Position numbers and translations under genes: made by a program | The notes under the pieces: generated by a model | The model's input: the letters and a program-made list of their open reading frames with translations, nothing else | Databases searched by the model: none | Told to the model about the DNA's origin: nothing | Source: Acidobacteriota bacterium | GTDB lineage: Bacteria > Acidobacteriota > UBA6911 > RPQK01 > JADFOI01 | Direction of reading: 5' to 3' | Length of the DNA stretch: 64,000 nucleotides | Assembly (NCBI GenBank): GCA_963663035.1 | Contig: OY760074.1 | Span: 1,568,001 to 1,632,000 of the forward strand | In this document: positions 41,783-50,518 of the stretch, in pieces | How positions within the stretch are numbered: position 1 is the stretch's first letter | Layout of the letters: each line of letters starts with the position of its first letter

Positions 41783-42979
41783 TCAGAATGAATCCACCAC
41801 AATCGGCTCCATGGGATAACGATGGAGACTTTCGGCACCATTCTCCGTCACCAGACACAGATCTCCAAGAAAAATACCGCTCGTTCCGTCCTGCGTGCTG
41901 GGATTGGGCTCAATGACCACGGTATGTCCTTTTTCAAAGGTGCAGCTCTGTATGGGATGGGCTGAACCCTTGACGCCCATGATGGGAGGCTCAATAAAGT
42001 TTCCCCATCCGTGTAACAGCGGAGCCTTGACGGTCAGACCGGCATCCAGAATCGGTTGGGCCCCCTCCTGAACTTCTTTCTCCGTGCTCCCCGGTCGAAG
42101 GGTTGACAGAACCCTCTCGAAGACTTCCTGGCCAATCTGGAAGAGCTTTTCGTAGTGTGGAGTGGGCTTGCCGACAAAGACAGTTCTCAGAATCTGGCCG
42201 GAGTAGCCCCCATAGGCGGAGCTGTGCTCACTCATGATCACGTCGCCCCTGACAATCGCTCGATCCGACATGTAGGCATCGGGAAACGCCATGCCCGGAT
42301 TCTCCATCGCAGTAGACCCCAGCAGAGCAAAGCACAACGTACCTCCCGCTCGATGTGTCTCGACCAGAATCTCATCATACAGGTCGATATTCCTGGCGCC
42401 TGGTTGGACGGCCCTCACATAGGCCTCCAGAGACTGATCGGTCAACTGTGCGCCCTTTCGAAGGAACTCGATCTCCTCATCAGATTTGATGCGGCGCAGA
42501 TTCTCGATCAGATCAGTGGCGATTTCAAATTCGGCCTGGGGAAGCGATTGCGTGATCCGAGCATATTGTTCCTGGGGAATCGACACCCGCCTTGCCGAGC
42601 TCACCCCCACGATTCCAATTCTTCCCTTCTCCATTCCCTTCTCTTTTAAAAGCTCCACCACCTTTTCATCGACTTTTAGCCCGCCGAATCGGATGTCCTC
42701 AACTGCCGAAATCTCCTTCCCTGTGGCAATGTGACCATTAAAGCTGGTTGCCAGTGTCGCCTCACCTTTTTTCGGAAAGATACAGTAAGCCTGGAACTGA
42801 TCTACGAAGTTGGTCACGTAGCGCAGATTGGCCTCTCCCGGATCGCTCCCGAAAGAGCAGTAGGCGCCGTACACAAGAAGACAATCGAACTGTCGAGCCT
42901 CCATCTCGTGGCGGATCCTCTGCCAGCGGTTTTGATATTCCTGATCACTGAACTGCGGGAAATGAACTCGCTTGACCAT
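41783..42979 (-). CDS. M24 (Xaa-Pro peptidase/creatinase fold) hydrolase
   Basis: Creatinase_N (FSDQEY..R..RI, NLRYVTN), R.IKSDEEI and a pita-bread domain; start MVKRV at 42979. Confidence 0.85.
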   Translation of the reverse strand: MVKRVHFPQFSDQEYQNRWQRIRHEMEARQFDCLLVYGAYCSFGSDPGEANLRYVTNFVDQFQAYCIFPKKGEATLATSFNGHIATGKEISAVEDIRFGGLKVDEKVVELLKEKGMEKGRIGIVGVSSARRVSIPQEQYARITQSLPQAEFEIATDLIENLRRIKSDEEIEFLRKGAQLTDQSLEAYVRAVQPGARNIDLYDEILVETHRAGGTLCFALLGSTAMENPGMAFPDAYMSDRAIVRGDVIMSEHSSAYGGYSGQILRTVFVGKPTPHYEKLFQIGQEVFERVLSTLRPGSTEKEVQEGAQPILDAGLTVKAPLLHGWGNFIEPPIMGVKGSAHPIQSCTFEKGHTVVIEPNPSTQDGTSGIFLGDLCLVTENGAESLHRYPMEPIVVDSF

Positions 42980-42993
42980 CGGCTCCACCTCCT

Positions 42994-43791
42994 TCAAAGC
43001 CCAATCACGTCTCTGCTGCGGGAGGTCCAGAACACCACCCGGCGCTCGATGAACTGCATGGCGAGATAAAAAGCAATCCCAATCACCGAAAGAACGATAA
43101 ACACGGAGAACACTCCCTGCATGTCCATGTTGAAATTCATTTGCAGAATCAGGATTCCGAGACCATGCCTTCCGCCGATAAACTCTCCCACAATCGCCCC
43201 GATCAGGCTGTAGACGATGGCCATACTGAGACCTGCGAAAATAAAGGGAAGAGCACTTGGAAATCGTACCTTGCGGAAGATCTGCCAAGGGGTGGCTTTG
43301 AAGGAGCGCATCATCTCCAGACGATCAGGGTCCACAGACTCAAATCCTGCGATGGAATTGACCAGGAGCGGAAAAAAGGTGAGCATGGCCACAATCACGA
43401 CCTTGGAAGTCATTCCCACGCCGAACCAAACAATTAAAAGAGGTGCCAGGGCGACTTTGGGGAGACTCTGAAAGGCTACGATATAGGGCAAAAACACCTT
43501 TCCCACAAATCGGCTCTGCGCAATCAAGGTACCCAGAATCATTCCCGAACCGCTCCCGAGGAGAAATCCCAAGAGAGCCTCACTGACCGTATAGTAGGTG
43601 TGAAGATAAAAGCCCACACGGCTTGTCAGGCTCTGGGCAAGGCCCCTCTGGAGGGACACCAGCACTCCACTGGGCGGCGGCAGGAGAAAGAAGGGGACCT
43701 CGAGATATTTCACAGTCACCTCCCAAATCACAAGGAGCACCACCAGAAGCCCGATGCTGTAGACCCACTCTCTTGTCAACAGTCGTTTCAT
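42994..43791 (-). CDS. ABC transporter permease, NitT/TauT family
   Basis: LLPPPS, QSLPKVALAPL, FPSALPFIF and GAIVGEF motifs. Confidence 0.92.
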   Translation of the reverse strand: MKRLLTREWVYSIGLLVVLLVIWEVTVKYLEVPFFLLPPPSGVLVSLQRGLAQSLTSRVGFYLHTYYTVSEALLGFLLGSGSGMILGTLIAQSRFVGKVFLPYIVAFQSLPKVALAPLLIVWFGVGMTSKVVIVAMLTFFPLLVNSIAGFESVDPDRLEMMRSFKATPWQIFRKVRFPSALPFIFAGLSMAIVYSLIGAIVGEFIGGRHGLGILILQMNFNMDMQGVFSVFIVLSVIGIAFYLAMQFIERRVVFWTSRSRDVIGL

Positions 43792-43802
43792 TCGATCCCT
43801 CC

Positions 43803-44017
43803 TAGCCGGGACTATGAATAAGTTTTCGTGACGAAGTGCCGCAGGCGCCGCGATGACAAGGCGTGCGAGGGGTACCCGCTTGCGGGTCGTGCCCCGCAGG
43901 CGTACTCTTGCAGTACGCCGAGGAGCCTAAGGGGTACCTGCTTTGCGGGTCGCACAACGCAGTCAGCGTGGATGTTTGCGGCACTGCAGTAGAAAACCTA
44001 TGCATAATCCCGGCTTA
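43803..44017. mobile_element. MITE-like element, family 1
   Basis: TIRs TAGCCGGGACTATG / CATAATCCCGGCT; nearly identical to 63680-63891. Confidence 0.85.
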
Positions 44018-44782
44018 ATCCTCCTTGATGCCAAGCAAGGAGCGGATCCGCTTGGACAGTTTCCCGAATGCCTCGGTCTGCATCAGGTCGAGACGACGAG
44101 GCCTTGGCAAGTCGACTTGAACAGTGTCCGCCAGCCGACCCGGACGGGGCGTTAGAGCCACCACCCGGTCGGACAGAAAGATCGCTTCCGAGATACTGTG
44201 AGTGACAAAGAGAACCGTCTTACCACTCTTGCTCCAGATGCGGAGCAGTTCCAGATTCATGGACTCACGCGTCATTGCGTCCAGGGCTCCAAAGGGTTCA
44301 TCCATCAGGAGCACATCGGGCTCGTAGACCAGTGCCCGGGTGATGGAGACCCGCTGCTGCATACCTCCGGAAAGCTCAAAGGGGTATCGATCAGCAAAGC
44401 CTGTGAGGCCCACCATATCCAAAATTTCATGGGCGCGCTCTCGGTACTGGTCAAGGGGCAAGCCCATCACCTCGATGGGGAGCATGGTGTTCTCAAGCAC
44501 CGTCCTCCAGGGAAGAAGGACCGGCTGCTGGAAGACAAATCCGATGTCCCTTCGAGGACCCTCAACTGACGATCCACCGATGAGGACTTCACCACCGCTC
44601 CTGGGGATGAGACCCGCCACGATTTTCAGCAGTGTGGTTTTACCGCAGCCACTGGTTCCCACAATAGAGACAAATTCGCCCTTGGCGATATCGAAAGAGA
44701 CATCCTGGAGCGCCAACAGATCTTCATCCTGCAGGGTTCTATACGACTTCGTGACCTGTCGCAGCTCTATAAAGGAAGGCAT
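44015..44782 (-). CDS. ABC transporter ATP-binding protein, NitT/TauT family
   Basis: GTSGCGKTT, LSGGMQQR and MDEPFGALD motifs. Confidence 0.95.
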   Translation of the reverse strand: MPSFIELRQVTKSYRTLQDEDLLALQDVSFDIAKGEFVSIVGTSGCGKTTLLKIVAGLIPRSGGEVLIGGSSVEGPRRDIGFVFQQPVLLPWRTVLENTMLPIEVMGLPLDQYRERAHEILDMVGLTGFADRYPFELSGGMQQRVSITRALVYEPDVLLMDEPFGALDAMTRESMNLELLRIWSKSGKTVLFVTHSISEAIFLSDRVVALTPRPGRLADTVQVDLPRPRRLDLMQTEAFGKLSKRIRSLLGIKED

Positions 44783-44831
44783 GTATTTTGAGAGTAGCGC
44801 GCTTCGCTCCCAGAAAAAAGGGAAAAAAGAA

Positions 44832-44922
44832 GGAGGCAGGAGTCAGGAGACAGGAGTCAGAAGATCTTTTCAATCTGAGATACGCGCGAAGCGCACCTCC
44901 TACCTCCTGCCTCCTGCCTCCT
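44832..44922. repeat. Inverted heptamer repeat arrays (GGAGRCA / CCTCCTR)
   Basis: AGGAGGCAGGAGTCAGGAGACAGGAGTCAG facing CCTCCTACCTCCTGCCTCCTGCCTCC. Confidence 0.75.
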
Positions 44923-44967
44923 TCTTTCCCCATGTTATACTTCCACCGGCGCAGACGGAGGGAGACC

Positions 44968-45228
44968 ATGAGCGCGGTTCAAATAGATTTTTTTACAAGG
45001 CCCGGTTGCCATCTTTGTCACGAGGCCCTGGACGTTCTGAAAAGGCTCCAGAAAGACTTTGACTTCGAGATCCGAAGTGTCAACATCTCTGAATCGGCCG
45101 AGTTCGCTGCACTCTACCAAGACAGCATCCCCGTCGCCACCCTAAATGGGAGAGCCATCCTCAAACACCGAGCTGACGAAAAAATGCTGCGGCGAATCCT
45201 CAGCCGCCAGATGGTAGCCGCAGAATGA
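44968..45228 (+). CDS. Glutaredoxin-like protein (DUF836-type)
   Basis: TRPGCHLC (CxxC) and IPV cis-Pro motifs; GGAG SD. Confidence 0.85.
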   Translation: MSAVQIDFFTRPGCHLCHEALDVLKRLQKDFDFEIRSVNISESAEFAALYQDSIPVATLNGRAILKHRADEKMLRRILSRQMVAAE

Positions 45229-45629
45229 AGTGGCTCAAGCACGCTTTTGCCACGGATCCGCCGGGACCGGCCAAACCGGACGAGACACAGCGCGTCCTCC
45301 TCGAGAAGCTGTGCCGGGAGGTGGTTCGTCGCCACCTGACCACGCCCGTGCTGTTGATGCTGGAAACGAGTCGGCCATTGAACTATGTTTCGGCTCAGCT
45401 CCTGCACTATCTCCAGCCGATCGTCTCGATTCTTGCCGACACGGCCAACTATCAGAAACTCACTGCATTTTTGGAACAACGCGGATCGATCGATTACGTC
45501 TATCAGCGACTGGAAGCCATCGAGACCGAATACCGTGGTCAAACAAAGCAAGGCGATGAGCCTGCGACCGAAGGCGACCCGCCAGCAGGCACCCCAAGTA
45601 CCGCAGGTACCACAAATACCCGGAAATGA
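45225..45629 (+). CDS. Conserved hypothetical protein
   Basis: VVRR.LTTP.LL.LE..RPLNY..AQ motif; ATGA-coupled on both sides. Confidence 0.75.
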   Translation: MKWLKHAFATDPPGPAKPDETQRVLLEKLCREVVRRHLTTPVLLMLETSRPLNYVSAQLLHYLQPIVSILADTANYQKLTAFLEQRGSIDYVYQRLEAIETEYRGQTKQGDEPATEGDPPAGTPSTAGTTNTRK

Positions 45630-47455
45630 AAGAGATCGACCCTGACAAGATTCGCGTGATCCTGGCCACCGACTGCGGCAGTACCACAACCAAGGCGATC
45701 CTCATCCAAAAGATCGACGGCGTTTACCGCCAGACCCACCGGGGCGAAGCTCCAACCACCGTTGAAGCGCCCTTCGCGGACGTCACCATGGGCGTGGTCA
45801 ATGCTGTCACTGAAACTCAGGAACTCGCCGACCGGCGGCTGGTCGACGAGGACGGCAGAATCATCCAACCGGCGGAGGAGGAAGGCTGCGACCTCTACAT
45901 TTCCACTTCGAGCGCGGGTGGCGGGTTGCAGATGATGGTCGCAGGCGTGATTCGCGAAATGACCGCAGAGAGTGCAAAGCGCGCCGCCCTGGGCGCGGGC
46001 GCGATCGTGATGGACGTCATAGCTTCCAATGACAAACGCCGGCCTCACGAGCAGATCCAGCGCATCCGTGAGCTGCGCCCGGACATGATCCTGATCTCGG
46101 GAGGGATCGACGGAGGCACGACCACCCACGTGGTCCAGATCGCCGAGCTGATTCCTCCAGCCAATCCGCGGCCCAGATTCGGCAGCGAGTACAGGCTTCC
46201 CATCATCTACGCCGGCAATAAAGATGCTGCAGCGCTCGTTGAGGAGATCATCAGCGCCGGCTTTGACCTGACCATTGTGGATAACCTGCGGCCGGTCTTG
46301 GAGCGCGAAAACCTGGGTCCGGCGCGTGATGCCATTCACGATCTGTTCCTGGAGCACGTCATGGCGCATGCACCCGGCTATGACAAGCTCATGCAAACAA
46401 CTGATGCGCCCATCATGCCGACACCCGGTGCCGTCGGCAATATCCTGCAAACCATCGCCAGCCAAAAAGGAATCAATGTCGTTGGCGTGGATATCGGTGG
46501 CGCGACCACCGACGTATTCAGCGTCTTTGACGGCACCTTCAATCGGACAGTCAGCGCAAACCTGGGCATGAGCTACTCCATCTCCAACGTGTGTGCGGAG
46601 GCCGGCATGCCCAGCATCTTGCGCTGGATTCACTTCGATATGGATGAGCGCGAGTTGCGCAACCGCGTCAAGAACAAAATGATCCGACCGACCACGATCC
46701 CGCAGACACTGGAGGCTCTTGTCTTCGAGCAGGCGGTGGCCCGCGAAGCATTGCGGCTGGCCTACCAACAGCACCAAGCCTTCGCCACTACTCTCAAGGG
46801 CGTGCAGCGGCAGCGTACTGTGGGCGACACCTTCACCCAGGAGAGTTCCGGCCAGACCATCGTCGACAACATGAAGCTCGACCTGCTGGTCGCGTCCGGT
46901 GGGGTACTTTCACACGCTCCCGACATGCGCCAGACGGCGATGATGCTGATTGACGCCTTTCAGCCGGAAGGATTTACCGAGCTGGCCAAAGACTCCATTT
47001 TCATGATGCCCCATCTGGGAGTGCTGGCAGCGGTGCACCCTCAGGCATCACTGGAGGTCTTTGAGCGCGACTGTCTGGTCAATCTGGGTACCACGGTCGC
47101 CGCAAAGGGTCTGGCCAAGCTCGGCCGGCCCTGCTTTCGATACTCGATCCGTTCAGCGGCGCTCAACGAATCTGGCCAGCTGAACTTCGGAGAAGTTCGT
47201 CTCTTTTCCCTGGGCCCGGACGAGACGGCCTCGGTGAGCATCCAACCCGAGCGGAGCTTCGACTGTGGTGGCGGAGCTGGTAAGGACATCGAACGCGAAG
47301 TACGCGGGGGAACGGTCGGGCTGATCCTGGATGCCCGCGGGCGGCCACTGGTCATTCCGGACAAGCCTGAGGAGGGACGAGAGTTGCTTGAAAAATGGGT
47401 CTCGGCCCTGGAACTATATCCTGAAATCCAGAGGGCTCCACTGCAGAAGGAATAG
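45626..47455 (+). CDS. Glutamate mutase L (GlmL/MutL)-like ASKHA/actin-fold ATPase
   Basis: Phosphate-1 DCGSTTTK, SSAGGGLQM, SGGIDGG, PTPGAV, phosphate-2 VDIGGATTDVFS, RTVSANLGM and SGGVLSH motifs. Confidence 0.8.
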   Translation: MKEIDPDKIRVILATDCGSTTTKAILIQKIDGVYRQTHRGEAPTTVEAPFADVTMGVVNAVTETQELADRRLVDEDGRIIQPAEEEGCDLYISTSSAGGGLQMMVAGVIREMTAESAKRAALGAGAIVMDVIASNDKRRPHEQIQRIRELRPDMILISGGIDGGTTTHVVQIAELIPPANPRPRFGSEYRLPIIYAGNKDAAALVEEIISAGFDLTIVDNLRPVLERENLGPARDAIHDLFLEHVMAHAPGYDKLMQTTDAPIMPTPGAVGNILQTIASQKGINVVGVDIGGATTDVFSVFDGTFNRTVSANLGMSYSISNVCAEAGMPSILRWIHFDMDERELRNRVKNKMIRPTTIPQTLEALVFEQAVAREALRLAYQQHQAFATTLKGVQRQRTVGDTFTQESSGQTIVDNMKLDLLVASGGVLSHAPDMRQTAMMLIDAFQPEGFTELAKDSIFMMPHLGVLAAVHPQASLEVFERDCLVNLGTTVAAKGLAKLGRPCFRYSIRSAALNESGQLNFGEVRLFSLGPDETASVSIQPERSFDCGGGAGKDIEREVRGGTVGLILDARGRPLVIPDKPEEGRELLEKWVSALELYPEIQRAPLQKE

Positions 47456-47500
47456 CGTTCGATGAATCTCAATTCGTCTGATTGGACTGGTTAAGGATTG

Positions 47501-48628
47501 ATGGCAAAAGCGTACACACCTGGACTCAAGGTTTCAGCTCATGGGCGGCATCGTGCCCGCCGGATTCTCCCCATCAAGGGAGAAGTTCGAGTGGAGGTTG
47601 GAGAACATCTCCTCCCACAGCAAGTGGTCGCCGAGACCTTCATGCCCGGCGAGGTCACACCGCTGAACATGGCCAACCTTCTTTCCCTACCGCCCGCTGA
47701 CGTTCCCGAGTGCATGCTCAAGAAGGAAGGCGACCGCATTTCAGTGGGTGACGCCTTGGCCCGCACCAAAGGCATCTTCGGTAGGTTCCGCAGTGAATAC
47801 CTCTCCAAAGTCGAGGGAACTATAGAGTCGATCTCCTCGGTGACCGGACAGGTCATTGTGCGGGGTGAACCGATGCCCCTGCAGGTCCATGCATACCTGG
47901 CCGGCAGCGTCGTCGAGGTTCTGCCCGGAGAGGGTTGCGTGATTGAAGCGAGCGCCTCTTTCATTCAGGGCATATTCGGGATCGGCGGGGAGACCTTCGG
48001 TCCGATCCGCCTGGCGGTAGCGAGCCACGATCAGGCTCTGACCGACGACCTGATCGGGCCGGACATGAAGGACGCGGTGGTCGTCGGCGGTGCGCGCTTG
48101 ACCGAGCAGGCCCTGGAGAAAGCTCGTACTGTCGGCGTCTCCGCCGTCGTCTCCGGTGGTATCGACGACCAGGACCTCAAAAAGTTCCTCGGTTACGACC
48201 TGGGCGTGGCCATTACCGGCTCGGAAGATGTTGGCCTCACCTTGATCGTCACCGAGGGCTTCGGAGATATTGCCATGGCCGAGCGTACCTTTAACCTTCT
48301 GGCGTCGCGCCAAGGCGCCGACGCGGCGGTCAACGGTACAACCCAGATTCGAGCGGGTGTCCTGAGGCCTGAGATCGTCATCCCCTGGACGGACGGGGAG
48401 AAGGCAGACGAGACTGTCTCGACGGAGTCGGCAGGATATCTGGAGATCGGCGTTCAGGTGCGAGTCATTCGCGATCCCTACTTCGGAAAAATCGGCTCGG
48501 TAAGCGCGTTGCCGCCTGAACCGCAAGTGCTGGAATCGGGCTCCAAGGCCAGGGTGCTCGAGGTTCAGTTCGATTCCGGTGAAGATGTTATAATCCCGCG
48601 AGCCAACGTTGAACTAATCGAAGGATGA
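47501..48628 (+). CDS. Uncharacterised protein with tandem barrel-sandwich-hybrid (biotinyl/NqrA-RnfC N-term-like) motifs and a C-terminal KOW-like domain
   Basis: GEVRVEVGE...QVVA, KKEGDRISVGDALA...SKVEGTIESI and C-terminal GVQVRVIRDPYFGKIGSV motifs. Confidence 0.7.
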   Translation: MAKAYTPGLKVSAHGRHRARRILPIKGEVRVEVGEHLLPQQVVAETFMPGEVTPLNMANLLSLPPADVPECMLKKEGDRISVGDALARTKGIFGRFRSEYLSKVEGTIESISSVTGQVIVRGEPMPLQVHAYLAGSVVEVLPGEGCVIEASASFIQGIFGIGGETFGPIRLAVASHDQALTDDLIGPDMKDAVVVGGARLTEQALEKARTVGVSAVVSGGIDDQDLKKFLGYDLGVAITGSEDVGLTLIVTEGFGDIAMAERTFNLLASRQGADAAVNGTTQIRAGVLRPEIVIPWTDGEKADETVSTESAGYLEIGVQVRVIRDPYFGKIGSVSALPPEPQVLESGSKARVLEVQFDSGEDVIIPRANVELIEG

Positions 48629-48632
48629 GTCC

Positions 48633-49811
48633 ATGAGAGGGCACTTCACCTTAGCTGTCGTGTGTGGGTTGGGGGTACTGGTGCTCCCGGCCGCGGGACA
48701 GACTCCGGCACCAGCGGCACCCACTGAGCTGACTGCGGCGGATCGGCCCTGGGACAACGGGACCCGCATCGATCTGAGTTGGTCCCTCTCGAGCGACGAC
48801 GCGGCGCTCCAGGGGTACATCATCCGCAGGAGGGCCGGGGAAGATCCCGAGTTCGCCCGTGTGGACCTGGTAGGACCTGGTACCAGCCAGTTCACTGTCA
48901 CAGATCTCAGTCCGGAGGAAACCTATCTCTTCCAGGTCGCCGCCATTGCCCAGGACAACACCGAGTCCTTACCTGCCCTCACCAACGCGCCCATTACCCC
49001 CTCGATGGAATGGTTTGACGGCACACGGGTGTGGTTTCTGCTCACGCTGGTGATCTTCTGCGGGGCGGTAGTGGTGTTCATCGGGAGGGCGCGAAAGGGT
49101 GCCACACTGAAGCTCCGCAAGATCGCGGGTCTGGAGGCAGTCGACGAAGCCGTGGGACGGGCCACCGAAATGGGCCGCTCCTGTCTCTTCATTCCCGGCA
49201 TCGCCGACATAAATGACATTCAGACCATCGCAGCCATGAACATCCTGGGGAGAGTGGCCAGGACTGCAACCGAGTACGATGCCAAGCTGGAGGTACCGAC
49301 CAGCAAGTCCCTGGTCATGACCATGGCTCGTGAAACCGTGCAGACGGCGTTTCTTTCAGCCGGCCGGCCCGACGCCTTCAATCCCGATGCGATTTACTAC
49401 GTGACCGATGAGCAGTTCGGTTACGTGGCCTACCTCCAGGGCATGATGGTTCGCGAAAAGCCGGCGGCTTGCTTCTACATGGGCTCTTTCTACGCCGAAT
49501 CGCTGATTCTCGCCGAGATGGGGAACGCCGTGGGCGCGATCCAGATTGCCGGGACCGCTCAGCCGGCCCAGCTGCCGTTTTTCGTGGCGGCCTGCGATTA
49601 CACGCTGATCGGCGAAGAGTTCTTTGCCGCCTCGGCCTATCTGTCCGGTGAGCCGGACCAACTGGGCAGCCTGAAAGGCCAGGACGTGGGCAAGCTCATT
49701 GTAGCGGCGGGCATCGTGGGCGGCGTCCTTGCCTCCACGCTGGCCGTAGTGACCGGTTCGTCCCTGATTCAGTCACTGGTGGATTTCTTCATGGAGACGA
49801 TGCTGAGCTAA
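48633..49811 (+). CDS. Exported fibronectin-III domain + TM + DUF6754-like domain protein
   Basis: Signal peptide, FN3 (LSW...GYII.R...LSPEETYLFQV.A), TM, RKIAGLEAVDEAVGRATEMG and YTLIGEEFFAASAYLS motifs, C-terminal TM. Confidence 0.7.
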   Translation: MRGHFTLAVVCGLGVLVLPAAGQTPAPAAPTELTAADRPWDNGTRIDLSWSLSSDDAALQGYIIRRRAGEDPEFARVDLVGPGTSQFTVTDLSPEETYLFQVAAIAQDNTESLPALTNAPITPSMEWFDGTRVWFLLTLVIFCGAVVVFIGRARKGATLKLRKIAGLEAVDEAVGRATEMGRSCLFIPGIADINDIQTIAAMNILGRVARTATEYDAKLEVPTSKSLVMTMARETVQTAFLSAGRPDAFNPDAIYYVTDEQFGYVAYLQGMMVREKPAACFYMGSFYAESLILAEMGNAVGAIQIAGTAQPAQLPFFVAACDYTLIGEEFFAASAYLSGEPDQLGSLKGQDVGKLIVAAGIVGGVLASTLAVVTGSSLIQSLVDFFMETMLS

Positions 49812-49815
49812 CTAA

Positions 49816-50514
49816 ATGAAGCGGTCTGTTCCACTCCTGATCACAGCCTTGGGCGGATTCGTCCTCATCGCCGCTTACTTTATCCCGTATACGCAGAGCT
49901 GGGGCGAGAGTGTCGCCGTCTGGTTCGATATTCTGGCGTCGATCGCGTTCATCCTGGGCGGCGGCAACCTGCTGAAGCTGCACCTGAAGAAGGTGTACGA
50001 TCAGGTTCCCGGCTGGGGCTATTCCCTGATCGTACTAGTTGCCTTTCTGTTAACACTCACGGTCGGCCTGGGCAAGATGGGCGTGCAGCCGTCGGCGCAG
50101 TTTACGGACTTCGCCTGGTCGGGCCATTACCGGGAAATCGGCAGTCCCTTCTGGTTTCTCTACCAGTACGGGTTCCAACCGCTGACCGCAACAATGTTCG
50201 CCCTGCTGGCCTTCTACATTGCATCGGCTGCCTTCAGGGCCTTTCGTGCCAAGAACCTGGAAGCCGTCCTGTTGCTGGGCACAGCCTTCATCATACTGCT
50301 GGGAAGGACCTTTGCAGGGGTTGCCCTGACAGGTTGGATCCCTCCCGACAGCGCTTTCAGCGGGCTGCGCGTGGAAAACCTGACCGTCTATATCATGAGC
50401 GTGTTCAACACCATAGGAAACCGGGCGATCATGATCGGAATCGCCCTGGGCATTGTCTCGGTCTCGCTGAAGGTACTGCTGGGCGTGGACCGTTCCTACT
50501 TGGGCAAGGAGTAG
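49816..50514 (+). CDS. Uncharacterised integral membrane protein (~6-7 TM)
   Basis: Hydrophobic protein with PL.ATMFALLAFYIASAAFRAFRA and RAIMIGIALG motifs. Confidence 0.8.
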   Translation: MKRSVPLLITALGGFVLIAAYFIPYTQSWGESVAVWFDILASIAFILGGGNLLKLHLKKVYDQVPGWGYSLIVLVAFLLTLTVGLGKMGVQPSAQFTDFAWSGHYREIGSPFWFLYQYGFQPLTATMFALLAFYIASAAFRAFRAKNLEAVLLLGTAFIILLGRTFAGVALTGWIPPDSAFSGLRVENLTVYIMSVFNTIGNRAIMIGIALGIVSVSLKVLLGVDRSYLGKE

Positions 50515-50518
50515 CAAG

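Noticed and set aside
45626-47455. Annotation as a functional glutamate/methylaspartate mutase or DNA-repair MutL
   Set aside because: It has no B12-binding DxHxxG motif, no mutase catalytic subunit and no GHKL ATPase motifs; only ASKHA motifs are present.
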